From NCBI GenBank assembly GCA_040879765.1, contig JBBDJQ010000002.1:5-64004 (forward strand): 64,000 nucleotides of DNA. Reading direction: 5' to 3'. Shown here one piece after another: positions 19,065-29,700 of the stretch. This DNA is from Candidatus Pacearchaeota archaeon (GTDB lineage Archaea; Nanobdellota; Nanobdellia; Pacearchaeales; GW2011-AR1). The translations under genes were made by a program, and so were the position numbers. The notes beneath the pieces are model-generated. The model made no database searches and was not told the DNA's origin. It was given only the letters and a program-made list of their open reading frames with translations. Each line of letters starts with the position of its first letter. Positions within the stretch are counted from its first letter, which is position 1.

Positions 19065-19065
19065 A

Positions 19066-20223
19066 ATGACAAGACAATATCTAGACCATTCAAGAGAAAT
19101 TCTTACTTCCCCTCTTTCAGAATACAAACACAATCAAAGAACTGGTATGGGGCATATTTCTTTATTTGGATATCAAAACCGACATGATTTAAGGGAAGGT
19201 TTTCCTCTTTTAACAACAAAGAAAACAAACTTTGATTTTATAGCTCATGAATTGGTTTTGTTTTTGCACGGAGACACAAATATAAAATATTTAGTTGATA
19301 ATGGGGTCCCTATTTGGAATGATAACGCTTTTGATTATAATTTGAGAGAAATGGTCGATGAAAGTATTTTTCCTGAATCTACTTTGGAGAAAAGATCAAG
19401 AGATTGGTATTCAGCAAAAGAAGAATATGTTCAGAGAATAAAAGAGGATGAAGAATTTGCTGAAAGATGGGGAGAACTTGGTCCAGTTTATGGTTCTCAA
19501 TGGGTCCATTGGCCTTTCTTTAAACAAACTGGTAAAAAAGATAGTGAAGGTCAAGAACTTTATGTTAGAGATCCAGAAGGAATAAATCAGATTGATAGAA
19601 CTATAGAAAAACTCGTTAAGAACCCAACAGCGAAAAGTAATCTTGTTTCTGCCTGGAATCCTCAAGAAGTTCCAAACATGGCTTTACCTCCATGTCACAC
19701 AATGTTTCAAGTTAATTCAAATGGAGAAGATTTAGATTTACAGCTTTACCAAAGAAGTTGTGATATGTTCTTAGGAGTTCCCTTTAACATTGCAAGTTAT
19801 GCCCTTATGACTCAAATAATAGCCGACCAAGCTGGATTAAATCCTAGGCATTTTGTCCACACTTTTGGGGATGTTCATTTTTATTGTGCAGATGGAGAAA
19901 GAGCAAAGTGGTATAGGGACAATTTAGATAAATTAAAGTTTGAAATTAAAGATGCTCCTTGGAGATGGGGAGGGAGTATTAAAGATGTTGTTGATTGGAT
20001 AAATAAAGAAGCCCCTTTAGAAGTTGAAAAAGATGGAACTGAAAGAAAAGGGAAAGACAGACAAGACCATGTTACTGCAATCCTAACCCAAATGCAAAGA
20101 GAACCGAGGGAATTACCTAGAGTGAAAATATCAAACAAACCTTATCGTGAGCTTGAAAGAAATGATTTTGAATTAATTGGTTATGATCCTCATAAAGGGA
20201 TTCTAAGATCTATGGCTGTTTAA
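19066..20223 (+). CDS. thyA: Thymidylate synthase
   Basis: RTG, FPLLTTK, LGPVYG, MALPPCH, YQRSCDMFLGVPFNIASY; with insertions. Confidence 0.95.
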   Translation: MTRQYLDHSREILTSPLSEYKHNQRTGMGHISLFGYQNRHDLREGFPLLTTKKTNFDFIAHELVLFLHGDTNIKYLVDNGVPIWNDNAFDYNLREMVDESIFPESTLEKRSRDWYSAKEEYVQRIKEDEEFAERWGELGPVYGSQWVHWPFFKQTGKKDSEGQELYVRDPEGINQIDRTIEKLVKNPTAKSNLVSAWNPQEVPNMALPPCHTMFQVNSNGEDLDLQLYQRSCDMFLGVPFNIASYALMTQIIADQAGLNPRHFVHTFGDVHFYCADGERAKWYRDNLDKLKFEIKDAPWRWGGSIKDVVDWINKEAPLEVEKDGTERKGKDRQDHVTAILTQMQREPRELPRVKISNKPYRELERNDFELIGYDPHKGILRSMAV

Positions 20224-20726
20224 TTTCTTTGATTTATTTCATAAAATCCACTTGAAGGATTTACTCTTGGAGTAATTCCTCTTGATAAATCATTTAACGG
20301 GATTTCGACAGATTTACTTGGGAAAGTAGGTTCTGCTAAAGTTACTAAATCTCTTTGAGAATTATAATCTAAAAAAAGAGCAATATGCAATCTTGGATTT
20401 TCTATTTGGATGGATTCTGGAAGAACTCTTGAATCATAGCCAATTATAACTTCGCCCCTAACTTGTTTTAAAAAATAGTCTAAATTTTGATAAACTTCAA
20501 AATCCCTGAAAGGGGTTTTGAAATCCACCCTTAAAGCAAAATCACTCAGGAAAGTTGCAAAAAGAGAATCATTAAATATCAATCCGTCTCTTTTTGTTGA
20601 TTTTGGAAAAGATTGAAAAATTTTCTGTTGACTAATTTCATGTCCTTGATTTCTCAATAACCCCTGTAATGTTGAAGGAACACACCAGTCCTTTTCTTCT
20701 GGCAATGAAACATCGTAGCACCTCAT
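20220..20726 (-). CDS. Hypothetical protein, possible C39/papain-like Cys peptidase fold
   Basis: DWCVPSTL near the N-terminus, downstream LHIAL and AEP. Confidence 0.55.
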   Translation of the reverse strand: MRCYDVSLPEEKDWCVPSTLQGLLRNQGHEISQQKIFQSFPKSTKRDGLIFNDSLFATFLSDFALRVDFKTPFRDFEVYQNLDYFLKQVRGEVIIGYDSRVLPESIQIENPRLHIALFLDYNSQRDLVTLAEPTFPSKSVEIPLNDLSRGITPRVNPSSGFYEINQRN

Positions 20727-20812
20727 ATAAAAAAAATCACTTCTCTTTTATTTAAGGATTTCTATAAACTAAAATATACATATGTTTAAAAATTTTAAAA
20801 TTAATAATTTTT

Positions 20813-21334
20813 ATGGATTTGTCAATAATTGTTGCTTTTGATGAAAATTTTGTTATAGGAAATGATAAGGATATTCCTTGGAGAATGGATAAAGAGGGAA
20901 GAGAAAAATATTCCTTAGATATGCAAAGATTCGCTAGCCTCACAACAGGACATCCCGTAATTTCAGGAAAAGTAACTTATTTTTCAGTTCCAAGAAAATT
21001 TAGACCTTTGGACAATAGGCAAAACATAATTGTTACCTCGACCACTCCAGAGTCTATGCTTGAGGAAGAAAGAGAAAAAGGAGAGGTTTATACTGCTCAA
21101 AGTTTTGAAGAAGCTTTACAAATTGCAGAACAATTTGACACCCTTGCTTACGCAATTGGAGGAGAAGGAATTTACAGTGCTGCCTTTGAACATGCAACAA
21201 GGATGGATTTAACAAGAATAAAAGAGTCTTTCGAAGGAAATGTTTATTTTCCCCAACCAAACTGGGATAATTGGAAATTAACTGCAAAGCAAATTCATGA
21301 AGACTTTGATTTTGAAACTTATGTCAGAAAATAA
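20813..21334 (+). CDS. folA: Dihydrofolate reductase
   Basis: IIVA..VIG..IPW, D..RF..LT, RPLDNR, IGGEGIY. Confidence 0.93.
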   Translation: MDLSIIVAFDENFVIGNDKDIPWRMDKEGREKYSLDMQRFASLTTGHPVISGKVTYFSVPRKFRPLDNRQNIIVTSTTPESMLEEEREKGEVYTAQSFEEALQIAEQFDTLAYAIGGEGIYSAAFEHATRMDLTRIKESFEGNVYFPQPNWDNWKLTAKQIHEDFDFETYVRK

Positions 21335-21385
21335 TTAATTTGCTCATCAAAAAAATTTATAAACACCTCTCCAATATAATTTTCT

Positions 21386-21715
21386 ATGGTGGAAAAAAAT
21401 TCTCAAGTTTCTGAACTTTCAAAGAAAAATTTTAATGAGTTTATAAAATCCGGAAAGGTTTTAATTGATTTCTACGCTGATTGGTGCATGCCCTGTATAA
21501 TGATGGCGCCAATTTTGGAGGAAACCTCTTCAAAATTTAAGGGGAAGGTCAAATTTGGAAAAATTAATACTGAAGATTATCCTGAGCTTGCTCAGAAATT
21601 TGATATTGTTTCAATACCTAATTTTATTTTGTTCGAAGAAGGAAAACCCAAAGAACAAATCATAGGTTCAATGACTGCTGAAGAGTTTGAGAAAAAGTTG
21701 AATGGGTTTGTTTGA
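21386..21715 (+). CDS. trxA: Thioredoxin
   Basis: DFYADWCMPC, SIP. Confidence 0.93.
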   Translation: MVEKNSQVSELSKKNFNEFIKSGKVLIDFYADWCMPCIMMAPILEETSSKFKGKVKFGKINTEDYPELAQKFDIVSIPNFILFEEGKPKEQIIGSMTAEEFEKKLNGFV

Positions 21716-21772
21716 ACCTGAAAATATCTCCCGAATCACAATAAATTATTTAAACACAATCCCCTCAATTTC

Positions 21773-22039
21773 TTGATGACTTATGAGCCATGGACACAAA
21801 AAGAAATAGATGAATACGGAGAAATAGCCAATCAGAATCTTGTAGGACATTATAGGGAACTTGGTCTCTCGAAAAAGAATCCCGAGATGATAGCAAAACA
21901 CCTTATGGAAAACATCATTGGAGATTTGTCCATGACTGATGAGGAGGTTTTTAGAGGAAAAACAAAACATGAAGGTCGGCCTGTCGCACTTAGATTCCTT
22001 GAAGATCTTGCAGATGCGAAGTTTGAATTTAGGACATAA
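21773..22039 (+). CDS. Hypothetical protein
   Basis: 88-aa ORF after a TATA-like TTTAAA. Confidence 0.6.
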   Translation: MMTYEPWTQKEIDEYGEIANQNLVGHYRELGLSKKNPEMIAKHLMENIIGDLSMTDEEVFRGKTKHEGRPVALRFLEDLADAKFEFRT

Positions 22040-22070
22040 ATTCTTATAAATAATGTAATCAACCTGCATT

Positions 22071-22478
22071 ATGATTGATGAAGATATTTTTGACAGGATA
22101 GAAGGGGAATGTTACGACGAATTCAACGCATACATGTTAATTCTTGAAGGCAATACCAGTATTCCATCTGTCGATATTTATAGGATTGAAGACAACTCCG
22201 AGATGAGGTTGTCTGCGGGCAATGAAGACTACCGTATAAGATTTTTAGATTCTCAAAAATCTCATGCAACAATAAGGGGCGGAGATTTATTCCGGCAAAC
22301 AACCCCTGCAATAATCGACGGATCAATCCAAAGAAATTTCCTTATTAACAGAAAAATCTACCTTGGATTGCCTCTTAAAATAACAAGTTTGGATGGAAAG
22401 GTTATTCTTCCAACTGTCACAGAATTTGCCTATTTTGATAAGTTCACAGGATTGTGCAATTCCTCAATAGCTTCATGA
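22071..22478 (+). CDS. Hypothetical protein
   Basis: 135-aa ORF after TTATAAA. Confidence 0.6.
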   Translation: MIDEDIFDRIEGECYDEFNAYMLILEGNTSIPSVDIYRIEDNSEMRLSAGNEDYRIRFLDSQKSHATIRGGDLFRQTTPAIIDGSIQRNFLINRKIYLGLPLKITSLDGKVILPTVTEFAYFDKFTGLCNSSIAS

Positions 22479-22522
22479 TTCCTCAATAGGTTTATAAAAA
22501 TAATTCTTCTTAGAAAAATTAT

Positions 22523-22597
22523 GGCTCCGTAGCTCAGTCTGGTTAGAGCACTGGACTCTTAATCCAGGTGTCGGGGGTTCAAATCCCCTCGGGGCCA
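22523..22597 (+). tRNA. tRNA-Lys(CTT), no intron, CCA not encoded
   Basis: GGCTCCG/CGGGGCC acceptor stem, CTGGA-CTCTTAA-TCCAG anticodon arm, GTTCAAATC T-loop; TATA box about 30 nt upstream. Confidence 0.95.
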
Positions 22598-23029
22598 CTA
22601 ACCAAAAGTATATCTCCCGTTAAGATGTCTTCTTTCAAATCTATAGCTGTTTTCATCAAGTAACTTCACTGAAAAATTACAAAGCAACTTGACTAAATCT
22701 TTATTTCTAGAAGAATCCTCTGGAGGCATGCTCCCCAGCTCCAAAGATAATAAACTCATTTGCAGACCTAAATCATCAAACTCTTCAATCTTTGTGTCGG
22801 AGTCTTTTTCTAAAACTCTTTTAAGGATTAAATAAGGGAACTTTACACGGTTTGAAAAACTATCTTTTTCTTCAGGCAAGTATTGTCTAAAAAATTCTCC
22901 CATCTTCTGACAATATTCAAATCCTTTTCCTTTTCCCGAAGAATAACTATCTATTTCCATTGCTGCGTTTATTGCTGCAATCCTCAAATATTCTAGTGAA
23001 CTAGGTTCTCCTCTTGGAAGTTTAAACAT
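22598..23029 (-). CDS. Hypothetical protein
   Basis: 143-aa ORF, TTG start, converges on the tRNA 3' end. Confidence 0.6.
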   Translation of the reverse strand: MFKLPRGEPSSLEYLRIAAINAAMEIDSYSSGKGKGFEYCQKMGEFFRQYLPEEKDSFSNRVKFPYLILKRVLEKDSDTKIEEFDDLGLQMSLLSLELGSMPPEDSSRNKDLVKLLCNFSVKLLDENSYRFERRHLNGRYTFG

Positions 23030-23192
23030 TCATCAAGTAAGTTAATCTATTTTATAAAGATTATTAAGTTCAAAAATAGAATAATTCCACTACAACCCCT
23101 ATATCAAATTTAAGGAAAAAGTTTATAAACTAAAATTTAGTTTCTTTTATTATTCGGAAGTTATTAAACCCTCTAACCATTTTTACTGCAAA

Positions 23193-23402
23193 ATGCATAC
23201 ATTACAGCCTAAACATACTAAATTAAATGAAAAAGACGCCCAAGAATTATTGGAAAAACTCAATATTTCACGTTCTCAAATTCCAAAAATATTTTCTAAC
23301 GACCCAGCCTTGCCAGAAAAGTGTGGCGTTGGAGATGTTATTAAGATAGAAAGAAAAATTGCCGACGGAAACACTGGACTATATTATAGAGTCGTTGTTT
23401 AA
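23193..23402 (+). CDS. rpoH: RNA polymerase subunit H (Rpo5)
   Basis: HTLQPKH, IPKI...DP, GDVIKIER, YYRVV. Confidence 0.95.
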   Translation: MHTLQPKHTKLNEKDAQELLEKLNISRSQIPKIFSNDPALPEKCGVGDVIKIERKIADGNTGLYYRVVV

Positions 23403-23411
23403 ATAAAACTC

Positions 23412-26400
23412 ATGAAAACAGACAAACACCTAATAGTAAAGAAATACTTATCAGAGCATTCTCTCGTAGAATCTAATGTTACTTCTTTTAACAATTTTAT
23501 TGACTTCCGAATGCAAGAAATTGTTGATGAGATTTCAAGCGAAATAGACAATGAAGATTTTGAAATAAACTTAGGAAAGATTGAAGTAAAAAATCCGAGG
23601 ATTGTTGAATCCGACGGGAGCGCAGCTTTAATTTATCCTTATGAAGCAAGATTAAGAGATTTAACTTATTCTGCGCCCGTGACTTTAGAAATTACAATAA
23701 AGAAAGACGGACAAATTGATTCTGAAGTGGTTGAGATTGGAAGAATTCCAATTATGGTTAAGTCAAAAGCCTGTAACACTGCTGGAATGGATGAAAAACA
23801 ATTAATCGAGCAATACAACGATCCTTTAGACCCTGGAGGTTATTTCATAATTAATGGTAATGAAAGAGTCATGGTTATGTCTGAGGATTTAGCGGAGAAT
23901 CAATCTTTTATTGAAAAAAATAGTAAAGGGAATCTTACATTGAGAGTTTTTTCTTCAAAAGGAACATATAGAATTCCCACAACAATTTCTGAAAGTAAAG
24001 AAGGAATTTTAGAACTTTCATTTAGCAGATTTAAAGATTTACCAATAGTTGTAATTCTTAAAGCTCTTGGGATGGTTAAGGAATCTGAAATTGCAGAATA
24101 CATAAAGAAAGAAACTGATTCAGTGATTGTTAATCTTTATGAGTTTGTAGATCTTGCAACTGCAGAAGACGCAATGATGTATATTGCAGAAAAAACCCTC
24201 CTTCAAGGAACTAAAAAAGAAATTTTAGACAGAGTTAAACAAAGAATAGATTCCTATTTGCTTCCAAACATCAGACCAGGAAGAGAAGATAGAATGAAGA
24301 AAGCTATTACACTTTGCAAACTAGTTAAGAGATTTTTAATTGCAAAAGATAATCCAGAATTAATAACAGACAAGGATCATTATGCTAACAAGAGAGTTAG
24401 ACTTTCTGGAGATTTAATGTCAAACCTTTTCAGAGTTAATCTCGGAATTTTAATACGAGATATTCAGTATTCCTTGCAAAAATCCTCAAGAAGAAAAAAA
24501 ATCGTTTCAATAAAGACAATTGCCAAGGCCACTTTATTTTCTCACCGAGTTGAATCTGCAATAGCAACAGGAAGTTGGACTGGCGGTAGAAGTGGAGTTA
24601 CTCAAAACATGGATAAAACAAATTATCTTGTAACAATTTCTCAGCTTCAAAGGGTTTCTTCTATGTTATCTTCAGATCAAGAAAATTTCCAAGCAAGAAC
24701 CCTCCACCCTACGCATTATGGGAAGTTCTGCCCAATAGAAACTCCCGAAGGAACTGAAATTGGTTTAAGAAAAAACCTTGCAATTTTAAGCAGAATTTCA
24801 ACAAAAGTTGATTTAGAAGAAGAAAAATTTATACAAGATTTAGAGAAAGAAGGTTTAAATTTAGGAAGTGGTGGAGAAAATGAAAGAGATGTTTTCCTCG
24901 ATGGAAAATTCATTGGAAGCGTTTCAGATTATGTTCAATTCGTAAAAAGAGTTAAAGAAAAAAGAAGAAGTAGAGAATTCCCTTTGGAATTGAATATTAA
25001 AGATGACCATAATTTTGATGCCGTGCTTATTGCAACAGAACCAGGGAGGGCTTTAAGACCTTTGATTGTTGTGGATGAAGGAAAGAAAAAGTTAACTGAA
25101 GAACATATTGAAAAGTTAAAGAAGAATGAAATGACTTGGAATGATTTAGTTGGCCAAGGAATAATCGAATATCTGGATACTGCTGAAGAGGAAAATGCAT
25201 TGGTTGCTCTTTATGAAAATGATTTGACTTCTGAACATACGCATCTTGAAATTGATTTAATGGATTTACTTGGAGTTGTTACAAGTCTTGTCCCATACGG
25301 TAATCATGATCAGAGTTCTAGATTGAATAGAGGTTCTAAAACCCAGAAGCAAGCTCTTGGAGTTTATGCAGCAAATTATCTTTGCAGATTAGATACTGAT
25401 GTGAGTATTTTACAATATCCTCAAAAACCAATTGTAAGAAGTTTTGTTTATGATACTTTGAACACATACCCTGCAGGACAGAATATGATTGTTGCAGTTA
25501 TGACTCATGAAGGTTACAATATGAAGGATGCTTTGGTTTTGAACAAAGGAAGTTTAGATAGAGGAATAGGAAGAAGTTATTATTTTAGGCCTCATGGCGC
25601 TGTTGAAATGAATTATGCAGGAGGATTAAAGGATGAAATTGTTGTTCCAGAAAAGGGAACTACTGGATATAAAACCGAAGCAAGTTATAGATTCTTAGAA
25701 GACGATGGAATTATTTATCCAGAAGCAGAAATTCACGAGGGAGAAGTTCTTATAGGAAAGACATCCCCCCCAAAATTCCTATCCGAAGCTAGAGAGATTT
25801 CAATAAAAACAAAGAAAGAATCCAGTGTAACAATGAAGCAAGAAGAAAAAGGAATTGTTGAATCTGTTTTCATTACAAAAGATGATGAAGGAAATAAGAT
25901 TGTCCAAGTTAAAACAAGAGACTTAAGGATCCCAGAATTGGGAGATAAGTTTGCTACATCTCATGGACAGAAAGGAGTTATTGGAGCAATAATCCCAGAA
26001 AACGATATTCCATTTTCATCAAACGGGATAAGGCCAGACATAATTTTCAATCCTCATGGTTTACCAAGCAGAATGACTGTCGGATATCTATTAGAAATTC
26101 TTGCAGGAAAGGTTGGTTGTTTGAAGGGAGAAATTGTTGACGGAACTCCATTCTCTGGAGAGAGCAAAGAATATTTGGAAAAGAATTTGGAAAAAATGGG
26201 ATTCAGATACGACGGAAAAGAAACAATGTATAACGGAATAACTGGGAAAAGGATGGACGCTAAAATATTTATTGGGAACCTTTACTATTTGAAACTAAAA
26301 TATATGGTTGCAAACAAGATTCACGGAAGAGCTTCTGGAAAGATTGCCCTTCTTACAAGACAGCCAATAGAAGGAAGAGCAAGAGGTGGAGCTTTAAGAT

Positions 26401-26672
26401 TGGGAGAAATGGAACAGCAAGCACTTGTGGCTCATGGGGCATCATTATTATTGAAAGAAAGGTATGATTCAGATAAAGTTATTCTTTATGTTTGTGATAA
26501 ATGTGGCTCCATAGCAACGGAAGACAGCATAAGAAACAGAATTATTTGCCCTGTTTGTAACTCTGAAGATTCAGAGCCTGTAGAAATTTCATATGTTTTC
26601 AAATTACTATTGGAAGAATTACAAGGGATGCATATTCATACAAAATTAAAATTAAAAAACAGATACGATTAG
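23412..26672 (+). CDS. rpoB: RNA polymerase subunit B (Rpo2), unsplit
   Basis: GGYFIING, CPIETPEG, GDKFATSHGQKG, GGALRLGEME, C-terminal Zn ribbon. Confidence 0.97.
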   Translation: MKTDKHLIVKKYLSEHSLVESNVTSFNNFIDFRMQEIVDEISSEIDNEDFEINLGKIEVKNPRIVESDGSAALIYPYEARLRDLTYSAPVTLEITIKKDGQIDSEVVEIGRIPIMVKSKACNTAGMDEKQLIEQYNDPLDPGGYFIINGNERVMVMSEDLAENQSFIEKNSKGNLTLRVFSSKGTYRIPTTISESKEGILELSFSRFKDLPIVVILKALGMVKESEIAEYIKKETDSVIVNLYEFVDLATAEDAMMYIAEKTLLQGTKKEILDRVKQRIDSYLLPNIRPGREDRMKKAITLCKLVKRFLIAKDNPELITDKDHYANKRVRLSGDLMSNLFRVNLGILIRDIQYSLQKSSRRKKIVSIKTIAKATLFSHRVESAIATGSWTGGRSGVTQNMDKTNYLVTISQLQRVSSMLSSDQENFQARTLHPTHYGKFCPIETPEGTEIGLRKNLAILSRISTKVDLEEEKFIQDLEKEGLNLGSGGENERDVFLDGKFIGSVSDYVQFVKRVKEKRRSREFPLELNIKDDHNFDAVLIATEPGRALRPLIVVDEGKKKLTEEHIEKLKKNEMTWNDLVGQGIIEYLDTAEEENALVALYENDLTSEHTHLEIDLMDLLGVVTSLVPYGNHDQSSRLNRGSKTQKQALGVYAANYLCRLDTDVSILQYPQKPIVRSFVYDTLNTYPAGQNMIVAVMTHEGYNMKDALVLNKGSLDRGIGRSYYFRPHGAVEMNYAGGLKDEIVVPEKGTTGYKTEASYRFLEDDGIIYPEAEIHEGEVLIGKTSPPKFLSEAREISIKTKKESSVTMKQEEKGIVESVFITKDDEGNKIVQVKTRDLRIPELGDKFATSHGQKGVIGAIIPENDIPFSSNGIRPDIIFNPHGLPSRMTVGYLLEILAGKVGCLKGEIVDGTPFSGESKEYLEKNLEKMGFRYDGKETMYNGITGKRMDAKIFIGNLYYLKLKYMVANKIHGRASGKIALLTRQPIEGRARGGALRLGEMEQQALVAHGASLLLKERYDSDKVILYVCDKCGSIATEDSIRNRIICPVCNSEDSEPVEISYVFKLLLEELQGMHIHTKLKLKNRYD

Positions 26673-26728
26673 CCATTATGCGCAATTAACATACGCATCG
26701 TTAAAAATAATATCACTAAAAAAACAAA

Positions 26729-29700
26729 ATGCAATCACATCATGTAAGAAAAAAAGTTGGGGAAATAACATTTGCTTTGCTTAATCCAGAGCAGATAAAG
26801 AAAATTTCATCAGCAAAAATAGTCACTCCGGAACTTTATGATATTGATGGATATCCTGTTGATGGTGGTTTGATGGATTTAAGACTTGGAGCCATAGACC
26901 CTGGAGTTAGATGTAGAACTTGTGGAGGAAGATTAAAAGAATGTTTAGGTCATCCTGGAAGAATTGAACTTGCAAGACCAATAATGCATTTGAAATATAT
27001 CCCTTTGATAGAGATGGGTTTGAGATCTTTCTGCAATGATTGTGGAAAATTAATGCTTGCTGATAAAGACTTAGAAAAATATGGTCCAAGTGAAAGAGTC
27101 AAAAAAGCCAAAGATTCTAAGAAATGCCCACATTGCAATGTTGCGAATGAAAAAATAAAATTGGACAAACCTACAACTTTCTACATTGGAAAGAAAAGGC
27201 TATTCCCAACAAAAATAAGGGAGCTTGTTTCTAATATTCCTGATGATGAATTAAGAAAAGCAGGAATTAATCCAGAAACTTGTAGACTAGAATGGGCTAT
27301 CTTAACTTTGCTTTTGGTTCCTTCAGTTACAATAAGGCCAAGCATTATTTTAGAATCTGGAGAAAGAAGTGAAGATGATTTAACACACAAGCTTTCAGAT
27401 ATCATAAGAGCCAATCAAAGGCTTTGGGAGAACTTAAACGCCGGAGCTCCAGAGGTTATTATAGAAGATCTTTGGGATTTATTACAATATCATGTCACAA
27501 CTTTCTTTGATAACACTGTTACAAGAATTCCTCCTGCAAGACACAGAAGCGGTCAACCTTTGAAAACAATTACAGAAAGAATAAAAGGTAAGGAGGGAAG
27601 AATAAGAAAGAATCTTGCTGGAAAGAGAGTTAATTATTCTGCAAGAACAGTTATTTCCCCAGACCCATCAATCAAGATTAATGAAGTTGGCGTCCCTTAT
27701 GAAATTGCGAAAATTGTAACCGTTGCTGAAACAGTGAATGATCTTAATATGGATAAATTAAAAGACATAATTAATCAGGGAGAAAATTATCCTGGAGCAA
27801 ACTATGTAATAAGACCTGATGGAAAGAGAAAAAAGATTTCTGAAGATTTGAAGGAAGAAATAATTGAAGAATTAGTTCCAGGCTATAAGGTTGAAAGACA
27901 TTTGCAGGATGGGGACATTGTTTTATTCAATCGTCATCCAAGTTTGCACAAAGGTTCTTTAATGGCCCACTATGTAAGAGTTTTACCTGGAAGAACTTTC
28001 AGATTACATTCAGCAGTCACATTTCCTTATAACGCAGATTTTGACGGAGACGAAATGAATATCCACTCCCCCCAAACAGAAGAAGCAAGAGCAGAAGCAA
28101 AAGTTTTACTTGATGTTAAAAATAATTTAATCTCTCCAAAGAACAATACAAACTTTTTAGGATTTGATGAAGATGCAATAACTGGAAATTACCTTCTTGG
28201 GAAGAGGGAATTTTCAAGAGAAGATGCAAACCAATTATTATACAAATCTGGAATAGATAAGGAAATTTCAAAGAAAATTATTTCTGGGAAGGAATTATTT
28301 TCTGAAATTATTCCAAAAATTAATTTTACAAATAAATCCTTAACAATAAAAGACGGAGAAATAAAATCAGGGAACATTGATAAAACAATCTTTGGTGAAG
28401 AAAATGGAGAGTTGATAAAAGAGCTTGACAGAGTTTTAGGAAGAGATGAAACTATAAATAAAATAGAAAAAGTATTCAACCTGGGAGTAAATTATCTTAG
28501 TGAATCTGGAATAACTGTTTCTATTCAGGATTTAAATCTTAATAGTAATGCCTTGAACGAAAGTGAAAACATAATTAAGAAAGCTGAAAAGAAGACTGAA
28601 GAAATTATAAAAACCTATGAAGAAGAAGATTTTGAAGTCATACCTGGAAAAACAAAGGACGAATCTAGGGAAACAAAAATTCTTCAAGTTTTGAATGAAG
28701 TTAGAACCAAGATTGGAGAGATGGTTAAGCAAGAATTCCATGAAGATAGTCCCGTAAATCACATGATTATTTCTGGAGGCGGGGGAAACATATTAAATAT
28801 TACACAGATTGCATGTTGTGTTGGTCAGCAGGCTCTTTGGGGTAAAAGAATTGAAATTGGATACAACAAAAGAACTCTTTCATTCTTCAAGAAAGGGGAA
28901 CTTTCGCCTGCGTCAAGAGGATTCATACATAGTTCATTCATAAAGGGTTTGAGACCTGATGAATTTTTCTTTGGGGCAATAACCGGAAGAGATTCACTTA
29001 TGGATACTGCTTTGAGAACTCCTAAATCTGGTTACCTTTATAGAAGATTGGCTAATGCAATCCAGGATTTAAGAAGAGAATATGATGGAACAATCAGAGA
29101 TAGTAATAACAATGTAATTCAATTCAAATATGGTTACGATGATTTAGATGTTTCTACATTGCATTTAAATAAAACTATGGATCCTGGAGAAGCCATAGGA
29201 ATTATTACAGCACAATCATTCGGAGAACCTTCAACACAGATGGCTCTTAACGTTTTCCACTTTGCTGGTGTTCAAGAAATGCAGATTACTGCAGGGTTGC
29301 CGAGATTAATTGAAATTTTTGATGCTAGAAGAAAACCTTCCTCGCCTAAGATGGAAATTTACTTGAACAAAGAATTCAACAATGAAAAAGATGCCAAGAT
29401 TCTTGCAGAAAAAATTAAGGAAGTGATGGTTAAAGAGATACTTTCCGAAATTAATATTGACTTTAATGATAAAAAGATTGAAATTAAAATAGATAAGAAA
29501 GCATTAAGGTCAGTACATATTTCAACTAAAAAAATTGTTGACACTCTTTCAGATAAAGGATTCAAGGCTAAAGAAAAAGGAGATTCTGTTGTTATAAGTT
29601 CTTCAGAAAGTACCTTCAAAGAACTTTATGCATTGAAAGAAAAAATTAAGGAGATTATAATTTCTGGAGTTAAAGGAATAAAACAAGTTATGGTTTTGAA

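Noticed and set aside
21773..23029. Integrated element at tRNA-Lys
   Set aside because: No integrase and no duplicated tRNA 3' end (att site) found
26673..26728. ATGCG...CGCAT hairpin between rpoB and rpoA
   Set aside because: Only a 5-bp stem; not distinguishable from chance
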